Shown here piece by piece: positions 8,967 to 19,600 of a stretch of DNA of 64,000 nt; the stretch's first letter is position 1, and the number at the start of each line of letters is the position of its first letter. Origin of the DNA: an uncultured delta proteobacterium (GTDB lineage Bacteria > Myxococcota > Myxococcia > Myxococcales > Myxococcaceae); NCBI GenBank assembly GCA_963713045.1, contig CAVQKE010000004.1, forward strand, positions 1,221,898-1,285,897. The letters are read 5' to 3'. Under the pieces are notes generated by a model. The model was given only the letters and a program-made list of their open reading frames with translations. It did no database searches and was not told where the DNA came from. The translations under genes were made by a program, and so were the position numbers.

Positions 8967-10364
8967 CTATGCCGCCTTAGCATCGCATGTCTCCTGCATT
9001 GCTGGATACCAATGCGATAGCGTCGAGCGCCACTCCTCATTCAAAACGCGGGTCCGCACTTGCAGTAAAAGATGGGCACCGCGGTCGGTCCACCGCATCT
9101 GCTGTTTCTTAACCATCCGCTTGCTCACAACTTGATTGATGGCTGATTCAACGAAGGCTGTCGAGATGGTCTCTCCGTGCCGGTAACGATCGCCGTAGTT
9201 CGGAATGAATGTTCGATTGGCAGTGATGTAAATCCCGAATTCTCGAACCGCTTTCAGCAACTTTCGTTGCTCCTGGCTATTCTCTTCGAGGTCCAGATCG
9301 TATTCCAGATCTTTCACAATTTGTAACGCTTTGTGAACATTCCCATGCCAGAGATTCCATTTGAGGCGCTTGAGGTCTTTTCCTATTTCGGCGCTCAGAT
9401 TCGGTTGGTCATCAGCCTCGATACTCTTGGCTAGCTGACTCATCACCGTCAGCCTCATCGAAATGTGGAACCAGTCCAGAAGATGCTCGGCCTGCGGATT
9501 CAGGTACATTTGGAGATCGCGGACAGTGTCGCCGCCGTCCGATAAGAACGTGACCGCTTGGTTCATCTGCATTCCTTGAGATTTGAGCATCTCGAACAAA
9601 CGACGTTTGGGCTTGGTGTCGTAGCGATTTACAAATCCGAAGCATTTCGAAGATTCGCCGTCCTGGGACATACTCTTACCGACGATCACCTCGAACCATC
9701 CTTCCGCTCGCGACTGCTGGTCTTTTGCATGGACATAACCGCCGTCGATTCCAACGATAAGCGGTGCGGCTGGATCCGGAAGCTGATCCCAGTCTCGCTG
9801 GCAGCCACCAATAAACATGTCCTGCTCTTCTCCCAATTCGTCTTCTAACCGTTGGGCCGTTCGGCATATCCGTTGCCTGATCGCTGTCGTGCTGAGCTCC
9901 CGGCCGATCGGAAGCACCTCCTTCAAGAGCTCGACGGTGAGCCCGTAAGAAACAAGAGCCGCAAACTTGGTCTCCAGATATACCAACTCTGGAGAACTGC
10001 GCTCCTGCAACAACTCAGCTAACGGGCTGAAGCTTGTCCTCTCATCCGATTCGCACTGGCAACGATAAAGCCGTGGACTCTCCAACCTCAATTTGCCAAA
10101 CGGCGTGCGAAAAACAATATGATGACGACCTTTACAAGAACGTTCATGGCCGCAATGGGAGCATGTGCGCTGTTGGGCCATAAACTCTGCTGCCTGCTGC
10201 TCGACCACTGTTTGCTCTATCCCAGCGAGAATCGATCGCGCTTCTGCAAGCGTCAGCCCGAGGGTCTCCTGTCGTAGGGTGCCGCGATCCAGGCGCGCCA
10301 CGTCCTGGGCGACATTTAGTTGACCATCATCTGACTCAACCGTGATTTGGATCTTGATCTTCAT
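8967..10364 (-). CDS. ISKra4-family transposase
   Basis: GIDGGYV, FLSDGG, LDWFH and VESAINQVVSKRMVKKQQMRW motifs. Confidence 0.9.
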   Translation of the reverse strand: MKIKIQITVESDDGQLNVAQDVARLDRGTLRQETLGLTLAEARSILAGIEQTVVEQQAAEFMAQQRTCSHCGHERSCKGRHHIVFRTPFGKLRLESPRLYRCQCESDERTSFSPLAELLQERSSPELVYLETKFAALVSYGLTVELLKEVLPIGRELSTTAIRQRICRTAQRLEDELGEEQDMFIGGCQRDWDQLPDPAAPLIVGIDGGYVHAKDQQSRAEGWFEVIVGKSMSQDGESSKCFGFVNRYDTKPKRRLFEMLKSQGMQMNQAVTFLSDGGDTVRDLQMYLNPQAEHLLDWFHISMRLTVMSQLAKSIEADDQPNLSAEIGKDLKRLKWNLWHGNVHKALQIVKDLEYDLDLEENSQEQRKLLKAVREFGIYITANRTFIPNYGDRYRHGETISTAFVESAINQVVSKRMVKKQQMRWTDRGAHLLLQVRTRVLNEEWRSTLSHWYPAMQETCDAKAA

Positions 10365-10372
10365 CGCCGCCT

Positions 10373-11059
10373 CTACTGCCAGAGCCATTCTTCATCGCCT
10401 TGCGCATACTGCTTGAGCCGGCGATTGAGCTTTCGTCGATCAAAACGATCAGGGTGGAACCGTTCGTACGTCTCCAGCCGATCAACTGCTTCCTCTAGAG
10501 CATCGACGTCCCCAAGAGCATCTCGGATTGTCTCGTGACCTTGAGATTCAAGTACACGACCTACTGTCTCGGCGATCAGTTGGAGTTCATCCATGGGTGG
10601 ATTCCAGCGGTGATGGTCCATCTTCTCCATGTAGGCTTCCGGCCCACCGCAATCTTCGGGCGGTGATGCACAAGCCCCACCAACGCAAACCGGGTAGAGC
10701 TTCTTTTCGCGGACGGGCTCGATGCCTTCGAAGCGGATCTGATGTTGCCACAGATCGCCGAAATCATATTCGTAAAGAAAGCGCTCGTTGATGCGGAAAT
10801 GGAATTGGGAAAGAAGTGCTTTCTTCGCGTGGGTCCTGAACCGGGTGCAGCCGATCCGGCTCAGACCATACTCCTTGCCGCGAATCACGAAACGATGGAG
10901 GTGAAAGTCGCTCCAATCGAATGCGATCTGGAGCAGCACGTGCAGTGTGGCGATGCTGCTGTCACTGCGCACGTGCAGACGCCGCCAAATCGGTGGGTTA
11001 ATCTGGAGGAGCAGAATGTGGAGTTGGTAAATTTCGGCGGGAGCGTTTAACTGGACCAT
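10373..11059 (-). CDS. Plasmid pRiA4b ORF-3-like protein (ISKra4 passenger)
   Basis: PPIWRR, YEYDFGDLWQH and PPEDCGGP motifs; lies inside the IRs. Confidence 0.85.
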   Translation of the reverse strand: MVQLNAPAEIYQLHILLLQINPPIWRRLHVRSDSSIATLHVLLQIAFDWSDFHLHRFVIRGKEYGLSRIGCTRFRTHAKKALLSQFHFRINERFLYEYDFGDLWQHQIRFEGIEPVREKKLYPVCVGGACASPPEDCGGPEAYMEKMDHHRWNPPMDELQLIAETVGRVLESQGHETIRDALGDVDALEEAVDRLETYERFHPDRFDRRKLNRRLKQYAQGDEEWLWQ

Positions 11060-11118
11060 AGTAGCTCATCATCGCTTGTCGCGGCCGTTGTCAGCCCCCG
11101 GTTTTTCCCGGTCTCCTA

Positions 11119-11200
11119 TATCTGCTTTCCTCGAGAAGCCCTTCTCGCGGGAGACAAGTTGTAGCGCAGTGAAGAAGGCGATAGGCTCACTGCGTGCCGT
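11119..11200 (+). pseudogene. C-terminal fragment of a receiver-domain protein
   Basis: FLEKPFSRETSCSAVKKAIGS closely matches the end of the REC domain at 16065-16538; cut off at the ISKra4 IR. Confidence 0.55.
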
Positions 11201-11440
11201 TCAAGGGCAAATGAGCGGTAGCGATACGGTCGACCGGCGCAAGACCCGCGCTCCGAAGATGGCGTGTTGCATGGCAGCGGTTAAGGCCTTATTCCGCAAG
11301 GTGACATTGGACAGCACGCTGAGGTGTGATGCCCGCCAGTCACCGCTCTTCCAAGGTCTCGTTTGGGCCACCTCCATCGGGGACGATGGAAAGGCAGGTG
11401 TGCGCGGCCTGGTAGCGAAAAGCAGCTTGCCCTCGCGCCA

Positions 11441-13870
11441 TCAGACGATCAAATCACGGATCGGAACTCCAAACTTTGAACGGCGACCGCCGCAAACATC
11501 AATGAAGCGCTTTAATCGTTGTCGATAATGGTCCACCGAAATGGTTAGTGACTCCTTTAGATCAGCGACAGATTTCTGCTCAAGTTGAGAGTGTGACGAA
11601 TTCGCAGCCTCTTCCACGATTCCGCAGAAATAGGCCGCACGCGTCGCGCCAACGTACCCGGCGCAACCCTTCAGTTTGTGCGCCTCCGCGGCAAGGACCT
11701 TCGGATCGTCCGCCAACTCGGGCAACCGACTTGCCAACTGTGCGGCTTGTCCAATAAAGAGTTGGAGAATATCGGTAACAAACTCGTCAGGTTCATTGAC
11801 TTCGAAGAGTTCGTTCAATTGGCACTCGTCGCACACAGGTAAAGCGGAGCCCGATGTGGGCGAAGGTCGATCAGGCGATCCTATTTTGATGGTTGCCTCG
11901 AGCACCTCTTTCAAAGCATCAATGTGCAACGGCTTGGTGAGCTTATCATTCATACCTGCTCCAAGGCACCTTTCCCGTTCCTCGCTGAGAGCATTCGCAG
12001 TGAGACCGACGATTCGCGGTTGTTTTGAACTAGATAATGAGAGGCGAATCTGGTAAGTGGCCTGTAAACCGTCGATTTCCGGCATCTGTACATCCATCAA
12101 AATGAGGTCAAACGCCTCGCTTTGTGCGGCAGCGATTGCCTGACGTCCGTCTTCCGCTTCCGAAATCTTCCGGACCCCAAGCTTTTGCAATTGCGAGATG
12201 CAAACACGACGGTTCACCGCGTTGTCATCCGCCACCAGAATGTTGAGCCCTGAGATCATCGGATCTGCCTCCGAAAGTGTTTCAGGTGAGCGGTTTACGT
12301 CGCTGGCATTGGCTAATACCCCAACGGCCTGGAGGAAGCGGCTCTTCTTAAGCGGAAGCGAGAGCACAGTTGCGCTCGGATAACGGTTCGCCGATTCGGA
12401 GATGTTCTTGGAACGAGTCAGAAGGAGAACTGTTATTGGACTGAACTGCGGGATCTGGCTCTCGCAGTGATCGGCGTCGATGATCAAGTAGTCCAATTGC
12501 GCGCCATCGAGATTTTCCGGTTGATCGGGTCGGACGATTAGTTCCAAGGCAAGTTCTTCAGCCCAATTGGCAAGCAATCGGATGAGTCGGGCATTCTGGA
12601 CCAGTGCAACCATCCGCTTGCCATGTAAATCCTGGCCTTTGGGGGCGGTCTCCCTGATGTCTGCGGCTGGAAGTGGGACGGCAAAATGGAATTGCGTGCC
12701 TTTCCCGACCGTGCTTTCCACCCATACCCGACCTCCCATTAATGCCGTCAAATTGCGACAGATCGACAGGCCCAAGCCAGTGCCGCCAAAACGCCGATTC
12801 GTCGACTCGTCCACTTGGCTGAAGGACCGAAAAAGCCGATCGAGTTTTTCTGGCGGGATACCCACGCCGGTATCTTCCACGCAAAAATGTACCATGTTGT
12901 CGACATCGGCTGAAGGCTCTATCTGCAGGTAGATTTCGCCGCTGGAGGTGAACTTGATCGCGTTGTTCAGAAGATTGAGCAGAACTTGCCTCACCCTAGT
13001 GACGTCGCCGGCCAAGGTAGAAGCCATTCGTGGGTCGATCCAGGCGCTGATTTCAAGCCCTTTCCCGAACGCCATCGGTGCCAATAGATCCATTACCTGA
13101 TCGACCACGTCGCGGAGCACAAAGGGAATTGACTCCAATTCGAGTTTGCCGGATTCGATCTTGGACAGGTCCAGGATATCGTTGATGATATGTAAAAGAG
13201 TTTCCCCGCTTGTTCGAATGACTTCGACCAACTCGCGCTGATGAGTGTCGAGGCTCGTGTCAGAAAGAATCTCTGTCATGCCAAGGACCCCAACCAACGG
13301 CGTGCGTATCTCATGGCTCACATTTGCGAAAAATACCGACTTAAAACGAGTTGCCTCCTCCAGCTTTTCATTGAGAATCTCTAACTCGCAGTTTTTCTCC
13401 GTCAGTTCCCTTTGACTCGCTTGGAGTGCTTGAAACGCCCGCTGACGTTGCAAAGAGTGTATGTATGCTCCGGAATGCATACGCACCCGCGCGAGTAATT
13501 CGATGCGGTTAGGCAATTTTACTATGTAATCATTGGCTCCGGATTCAAACGCCATCTGTTTAGTAGCAGGGTCCTCTTTGCTAGAAAGGACAATGACAGG
13601 AACCGCGCGAGTGAACGGGTTGTTGCGGTATTCTCTCAGCAGGTCAAATCCGTTCACCCCGGGCATCACAAGGTCTTGCAAGATCACGGTCGGGCCAACC
13701 TTTCTGGCCAATTCGATCGCTTGCGTAGGATCGCTCACATAATGGAAGGCGATCGTCGGATCGATTGCTAGCATGCGTCGAACGCCTTCGGCTACCATTG
13801 CCTGGTCGTCTACCAACAACACCAAGATCTTATCTGTGGCGCTTTCGATCTCTGTGATTATCGAACTCAT
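11441..13870 (-). CDS. Hybrid histidine kinase REC-HisKA-HATPase-REC-Hpt with WspR-like N-terminal receiver
   Basis: VLLVDDQAMV..PTVILQDLVMPG; H-box SHEIRTP; NAIKFT, DTGVG, GGTGLGL; second REC; Hpt AHKLKG. Confidence 0.92.
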   Translation of the reverse strand: MSSIITEIESATDKILVLLVDDQAMVAEGVRRMLAIDPTIAFHYVSDPTQAIELARKVGPTVILQDLVMPGVNGFDLLREYRNNPFTRAVPVIVLSSKEDPATKQMAFESGANDYIVKLPNRIELLARVRMHSGAYIHSLQRQRAFQALQASQRELTEKNCELEILNEKLEEATRFKSVFFANVSHEIRTPLVGVLGMTEILSDTSLDTHQRELVEVIRTSGETLLHIINDILDLSKIESGKLELESIPFVLRDVVDQVMDLLAPMAFGKGLEISAWIDPRMASTLAGDVTRVRQVLLNLLNNAIKFTSSGEIYLQIEPSADVDNMVHFCVEDTGVGIPPEKLDRLFRSFSQVDESTNRRFGGTGLGLSICRNLTALMGGRVWVESTVGKGTQFHFAVPLPAADIRETAPKGQDLHGKRMVALVQNARLIRLLANWAEELALELIVRPDQPENLDGAQLDYLIIDADHCESQIPQFSPITVLLLTRSKNISESANRYPSATVLSLPLKKSRFLQAVGVLANASDVNRSPETLSEADPMISGLNILVADDNAVNRRVCISQLQKLGVRKISEAEDGRQAIAAAQSEAFDLILMDVQMPEIDGLQATYQIRLSLSSSKQPRIVGLTANALSEERERCLGAGMNDKLTKPLHIDALKEVLEATIKIGSPDRPSPTSGSALPVCDECQLNELFEVNEPDEFVTDILQLFIGQAAQLASRLPELADDPKVLAAEAHKLKGCAGYVGATRAAYFCGIVEEAANSSHSQLEQKSVADLKESLTISVDHYRQRLKRFIDVCGGRRSKFGVPIRDLIV

Positions 13871-14093
13871 TTTCCCCCGTTGTTAACCTCGCTCATCGCT
13901 CTTTTTGGATATCAGGCCCATGGCTGCTCTTAAAACGGCCCATTGAGGGCGCCGCTGGCAAAAGCTTTGTTCGTGCTGGGAACCCAATCATCGGTCAGCT
14001 GCCTCTTCGGTATGACCTTGGCGGGCTCGGCACTGGTATGCGTATTTATATTTACCATAACTACGATATAAAACGAGCATATTCTGAGATCCC

Positions 14094-14797
14094 GTGATAC
14101 CTTTGAGGTTCGATGGCGAAACCCGCCGTATAGATCGGCCTTCTGACATCATTCAACAGATTTGTCGTTCGGAGATTTATAAAGATTACGAACGAGCCTT
14201 CAGCGATTCGACGGAGCTTCCGCTTGCTCTCCGGCCCGTCGAGATCTGGAACCTGACTATGTCTGGGAAGGCGCACGCCAACCCATTCTGCGAGTTAATG
14301 TCTGCGTGTAACCGAACATGCGCCGCCTGCCTTGAGTTCCAAGAAAAGATTGCCGAGTCGGATGGAGCTAAGCCCACGACGGTCACCTGTTTTGCCGGAC
14401 TCTCCGATAGCGCTGTCCCCGTACATCTCGGGGAGCGACTCATCGGGTACTTGCAGACCGGTCAGATTGCTTTACGCAAACCAAACATCCAACAGTTTGA
14501 GAAGATCACCAAAAAGCTGATTGAATGGGGCGTTCAAATTGATCTTTCGAAACTCGAAGATGCTTATTTTCATTCGCGGGTTCTCCCGCCTCGTCAATAC
14601 ACGGCGATGATTAAGCTTCTTGAAATCTTTGCCAAACACGTCTCTATCGTCGCCAACCAAATCATGTTACAAGAGGGGGAAGCTGAGCCGCCGATGGTGC
14701 GCCGTGCTAGAGCTTTCATCGTTGGTCACCAAGCTGATCCCATCGATTTGGACGACGTGGCCAAGGCAATGCATGTCAGCACCTTCTATTTTTGTTT
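14094..14797 (+). pseudogene. PocR-sensor AraC-family regulator, truncated in the first HTH
   Basis: NPFC...TCFAGL..SAVP PocR-like domain; the AraC HTH stops after HVSTFYFC. Confidence 0.8.
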
Positions 14798-15098
14798 GAA
14801 AGCGTTTGCAAGTGCTTGTCTAGCCGATCCATCTCGACTTGAACCCTCGCGGTAGTAGATGTCGTTTTCATACTCGAACTTAGTGGATGTAGGAAGCCGC
14901 ACTTCCAAGATCTTGGCGAAAGCTGGCAACATCTTGATCCCGGCGCGTTTGCCTCTGGGAGGAAGCAAAAAGAGAGAGCCTTCATGGTTCCACTCGTTGT
15001 GGTGGCTCTGGGGGCTGCTTTTGTCCGACGAGCGATGCGGCGAAGGCGTTTCGGTTTAGCGCCGAGCATCGAACGCACCCATGTCTACGCGACCGTGG

Positions 15099-15287
15099 CT
15101 AACGCGTAGTTGTTTTCGCGTCTTTGGACCGCCGGAATTTTGTGGGCGACTGACCGGCGATTTGCCTAAAAACCCGATTGAAATTCGTCAAAGACTGGAA
15201 ACCGACGTCGTAAGCAATTTCGCTCACCCGCCGATTAGGATTAAGCAATTGGGCCTTTGCCCTCTCGATTCTTACTCGGCCAAGATA
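15099..15287 (-). pseudogene. AraC C-terminal HTH fragment in inverted orientation
   Basis: Manual minus-strand translation: YLGRVRIERAKAQLLNPNRRVSEIAYDVGFQSLTNFNRVFRQIAGQSPTKFRR..stop. Confidence 0.85.
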
Positions 15288-15423
15288 TACGAAGAGATTC
15301 CCGTGTGGCCAAGCAACGCATCAATGCCCTTTTCGGACTTGTGGGACTTTTAAGGTGGAAAGGCTCAGCACTAAGCTTGGCGGCTTCTCACGGACTAAGC
15401 TAAGGATTGGGCCCAGCGTGGCC

Positions 15424-15792
15424 TCATCGCCGACTGGTGAAACCAAGCCCATCGAAATCCTTGTGGAATTGATCTTCCACCTTTTGAGCACGCTCAAATT
15501 CCGCTCGCGCCTTTTCAATATCAGGATTTCTCGCAAATAGTTGTAGCAAAGCAATCGTCTCTTTGTCCGCCACGGTTTCTTGTCTTTCACCGACGACCGC
15601 GAAAACATTGGCCATCGTATCCAACTCCGGCGGTCCACGCTTTGGCGTTGCCAACACCCATCCTCGCTGGCGATCTAAGCTCGACAATTCGGCCATCGGA
15701 TGGATGTCCGGGTCAATGTTTGCATTAACACCGAGGTTCGAAATGGCAAAAGCAACAACGGCACAAGTCAATGCTGACCTCATTAGGCGCAC
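15424..15792 (-). CDS. Hypothetical secreted protein
   Basis: 122-aa ORF with a signal-peptide-like N-terminus; overlaps the SnoaL fragment. Confidence 0.35.
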   Translation of the reverse strand: MRLMRSALTCAVVAFAISNLGVNANIDPDIHPMAELSSLDRQRGWVLATPKRGPPELDTMANVFAVVGERQETVADKETIALLQLFARNPDIEKARAEFERAQKVEDQFHKDFDGLGFTSRR

Positions 15793-16023
15793 CTACGACG
15801 CGTTTTCCCCTGGGGACATGGAGGGTGCATTCGCGGTTTTTGCTAAAGATATTCTCTGGCATATCCCCGGAAAATAGCGGCGTAACCATCCCTGATCGTC
15901 CAGACGTGAACCTGCGGCGACGACGAAGTCGCCCTCCGCCAAGATGTGGTCTACCTGAAGCCGAAAGGTGCCGGAGGACAGCTCCATGAAATGCTGAAGA
16001 ATCCTTGCACCTCGGCGTGTCCG
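15742..16023. pseudogene. SnoaL/NTF2-like gene split into opposed halves
   Basis: Plus strand MAKATTAQVNADLIRRTYDAF..DILWHIPGK. Minus strand GHAEVQGFF/QHFMELSSGTFRLQVDHILAEGDFVV. Confidence 0.7.
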
Positions 16024-16064
16024 TCGGGGCTGCACCTTTAGGCGATCACCAGGCCGGGTAGGTA

Positions 16065-16538
16065 TCATGATGCCGGACGCTTTGCGAAACGCGGCCAGAA
16101 TCGAAATCCCGCGCGTTTGGACGCCACCGGAGATGCCGGCGGGTCGACCGGTGATAATTTGGGTGCTGCCTTGGGGGAGCCAATCGCCTTCTTTACTGCC
16201 TCGCAGATTATTTCCCGCGAGAAGGGTTTCTCGAGGAAATTAGATATATTAAGCTTCTGCGCCCTCAACGCGACGGCGGCGGGGTCATAACCCGAGATAA
16301 GAATGATCGGAGTTGCACCCCATTTCGACCGAATCCGTTCCGCGACATCGAGTCCAGAACCGTCCGGCAATTTGAAGTCAATCACATAGGCATCAAAGGC
16401 TTTTTCTTCGATAGCTCCGAGCGCATCGGCGACAGATTGGCTTGTCTGGACCTTATACTGCTCATCGGAAAGTATCCGGTGAACGATTCGACACACTGAG
16501 ATGTCGTCGTCTACCACTAGAACGTCAGTAATACTCAT
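16065..16538 (-). CDS. Single-domain response regulator (REC)
   Basis: VLVVDDD, IDFKLPDGSG, LISG and EKPF motifs. Confidence 0.88.
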   Translation of the reverse strand: MSITDVLVVDDDISVCRIVHRILSDEQYKVQTSQSVADALGAIEEKAFDAYVIDFKLPDGSGLDVAERIRSKWGATPIILISGYDPAAVALRAQKLNISNFLEKPFSREIICEAVKKAIGSPKAAPKLSPVDPPASPVASKRAGFRFWPRFAKRPAS

Positions 16539-16637
16539 TTGGATTTAGGGGTTCTGAGATAGCTCTATGACACTCATCTTCGTGAAGACCAAAAATTTAT
16601 GAAGCGATTCAGTGTCCGGGGTCGGTGTCATGATGCC

Positions 16638-19600
16638 GGGCACTACCGGCGAGAACGATTCGGACGAAATCCTCACACAGGATCTATCAGCCGATGTGAT
16701 CGACTAAGGGTTGCCCTTCGGATTGACGTAGATTAGACGGCAGCGGCTCTGGGGTTCGAGAAAAGTTCACCGTGTAATTTCCGAATCGGTTTATGTGTTC
16801 GGTTTGATATGGTGTCAGGGCCGCCATGGCTTGAGCGGAGGCTTTGAGACCATCTGCCTGTAACCGGTCAAACGCTCTGCTGAGCGTGACGATGTTGTGG
16901 AAGACGAGAAGATTCGCGACCAGATGGTTGTACTTGATGAATTTTCGTTGCTCATCTCGCGTGTTCTCGGCGATTACGCTATCTCCGCCGAATGAAATCC
17001 ATTGTACGAACTGATTGAACCGCTCGCTTTTGTTAGTGGCCGCCTGAATCGTGCGGCGCAGTTCGGCATCGGAAAGATAACGCAATAAGAAAATCGTCCT
17101 GACTACTCGGCCCAGTTCGCGGAACCCGAAATAGAGCTTGTTTTTGCGCGAGCCGCTGTTGAGTCGTCGGAGAATATCGGAAGGCAAGATGTTGCCGGTT
17201 CGGATCGATACCGCCACTCGCATCATGTCCGGTAAGAGGGTGGCAATCAGATCCCAATCCACCTGCGCCGAAAATAGCTCGTCAATATGCTCATACGAGA
17301 TGTCCGGCGTGGGCCGGAACAAGTGTTGATCCTTCCAGTTGCGAATGCGGGGCATGAGTTCTATTCCGAGCAAAAAAGCCAAGCCGAAAATCGCTGTGCT
17401 TTGGCCCTGTGTGTCGGCATGAATCGTGTCCGGCTGAACCTTGGACTTGTTCTCCTGCAAGAAATCCAGGATATAGTGACCTTCCCAAGATCCACACGTC
17501 GTAAAGCGGCTCATTAGAGCGATATAGTTGTCAGAAACCAGGTAGTAGCCGATGCCGCCGTAGCCACCGTAGCGGATGTGGTATTCTGACATCAACGTTT
17601 GCGGATACAGATCCCACTTCATGCCATCGGCAGAAGCAGAATGTCCGAGTCCCCAGGGCCTCTGGAGTGGGAATTTAACGTAAGTGTCAACGACGGTGGC
17701 TATAGCCTGATTCAGGCTAGCTTCTGTAATATGTCGTTGATTTAGGAAAGCGAGTTTGAATCGATCAAGATCCTTTATTGAGCGAGCCGTTTGCGTTGGG
17801 CCCAAATTACATCCGTAGCAGAACACGGTTAACACATATCGCTCCCGCGGCTGATCTACTTTGGCGTCATGGCCAGAGAGTGGTCCAAAGTGGCGCGTCC
17901 AATACAGCCAATGCTCCGTATCAACGAGTGCGTCGACGATATCAACCTGCCCCATTCTCTCTTTGATCCACGTTTCCACAACCTTGAGATCTTCTGGTTC
18001 GTGTTTGGCGCATAAGGGCGACAAAATCGGTTCCCCATTCTCAATGCGAATGGACTCATTCTGCGGGAATCGCTCGTCGGTATTCCGGCTTGTCGATATC
18101 AGCTTTTCTTGAAGCGACTGAACGAACTGTTTTGCTTCTGTGGGGATCCCGGTCTGCTCGCCGTATGCGGAGATCTCTCGCTTGAATTGATCCCAAGGAA
18201 TCAGTTGTTGGCGGTAGTCGCGAAACTTGTCTCCTAAAGGCGAACAGAGGTCCCCCGATTTCAACTCGTTTGCCACTTGAGAGATCACGCACAGTTCCAA
18301 GTAGCGGTGGTGCAGTCTTGTCGGGGGAAGAGTCCGATTGTTTGTATCGGCCACAAGCGGCCACCATTGCTCGGTGATCAACGACCAGTCATCGACTCGG
18401 GTGCTGCCTTGTGTGTCGATGCTGATCCAATCTGACCTAATGTTTTGATGCGCCAGAATGAACACAATCGCTTTTTCTAAACTCTGGTCTTGCGAGGTAG
18501 AAGACAAGGGGATGTGCTCGAGAAGCAACAGCAATGCAGTTCGGGGATGACGAAAGAACCGCGGCAAGAGCTGCAAGTAAATCCCACTCGCCAGGGCCGC
18601 ATACTCTTCACAACGTTCCAAAAGGTTATTGGGATCCTGTCCAAGAAACGCTCCGATAGCGTGGAGCCGCTGTTCAGCGGGCCCTTCTTGTTGATAAGCG
18701 ATCGTGATATTGCGTAAAGTGGAGACGAGTTCTGCGGACTGTTGCAGATGGCTTGCCTGTCGAATGTCCATCAGTTCCTTGGCTTTGTAGTGAATCCTCT
18801 GGACCTGCCGAATCAGCATATCAGCAGCGTCGTCATAAGCCCGTGCCAGTTGGCGAAAGAGTAACGCTGCAGCTAGAGCGAAACGTTTTTCTTCAGTGAG
18901 TTCCTTCATCCGAGCGGCATTGAGAACGCGTGCTTCTGCGGCAAATCGCTGAAGCTTCACGGCCGGAATTCCTGTTAGCGGATTTGTCGAAGCGACCTGT
19001 TTTCGTAACCAGTCCAAATGAACAAGAAAGGCTCGAATCCGCTTGACCGTGGGTTGACCGGGCTCGCTCTTGAGGCGATCCCATGAGCTGCGTCGCTCAG
19101 CTGAATCTCTTTCGAAAAGCGTGGCGATGTTGGCCCGAGCAAGCGCGTCTGTTGCTTGATAGATCTGGCGGTAGTAGCCTCGATTTATCGCAAAGCGAGC
19201 GGCCCGGGCCGCCCGAAATAGAGTGGAAAAGCCCGGCAATTCGTAACGCTGCCGAACCAACTCTTCGATTGCCGTGTTGACAATGTCAGCCAGATCCTCC
19301 CGGACGCGAGAGCTTGCCAAACAAATCCGAAGCATCAGCTTCCTTGCCGCGTCTGCGAAGGGAGTTACACCCATGTAGGAGCGAACAAGAGCCATGTGGC
19401 GAAACCGCGCCGTACTGGCATCGTAAGCCGATAAGCCATCCGGAACTTGGTTCCAACCGACTGCCTTCGCAATGTGTAATGCAATCGGAGAAGGAATCTC
19501 CGCGAGGCGGACAAAATAACCAAGCTTCTGGAACGATTTGAGAAGTAGTAGCAGCCCGAGTCGTGGAACGGGCTGCCTCGTGTTCTCTAGGGCGAAGCCA

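Larger units (their letters stand above)
8943..11118 (-). mobile_element. ISKra4-family element
   Basis: Perfect 26-bp IRs TAGGAGACCGGGAAAAACCGGGGGCT (8943-8968; reverse complement at 11093-11118). No long target duplication seen. Confidence 0.9.
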
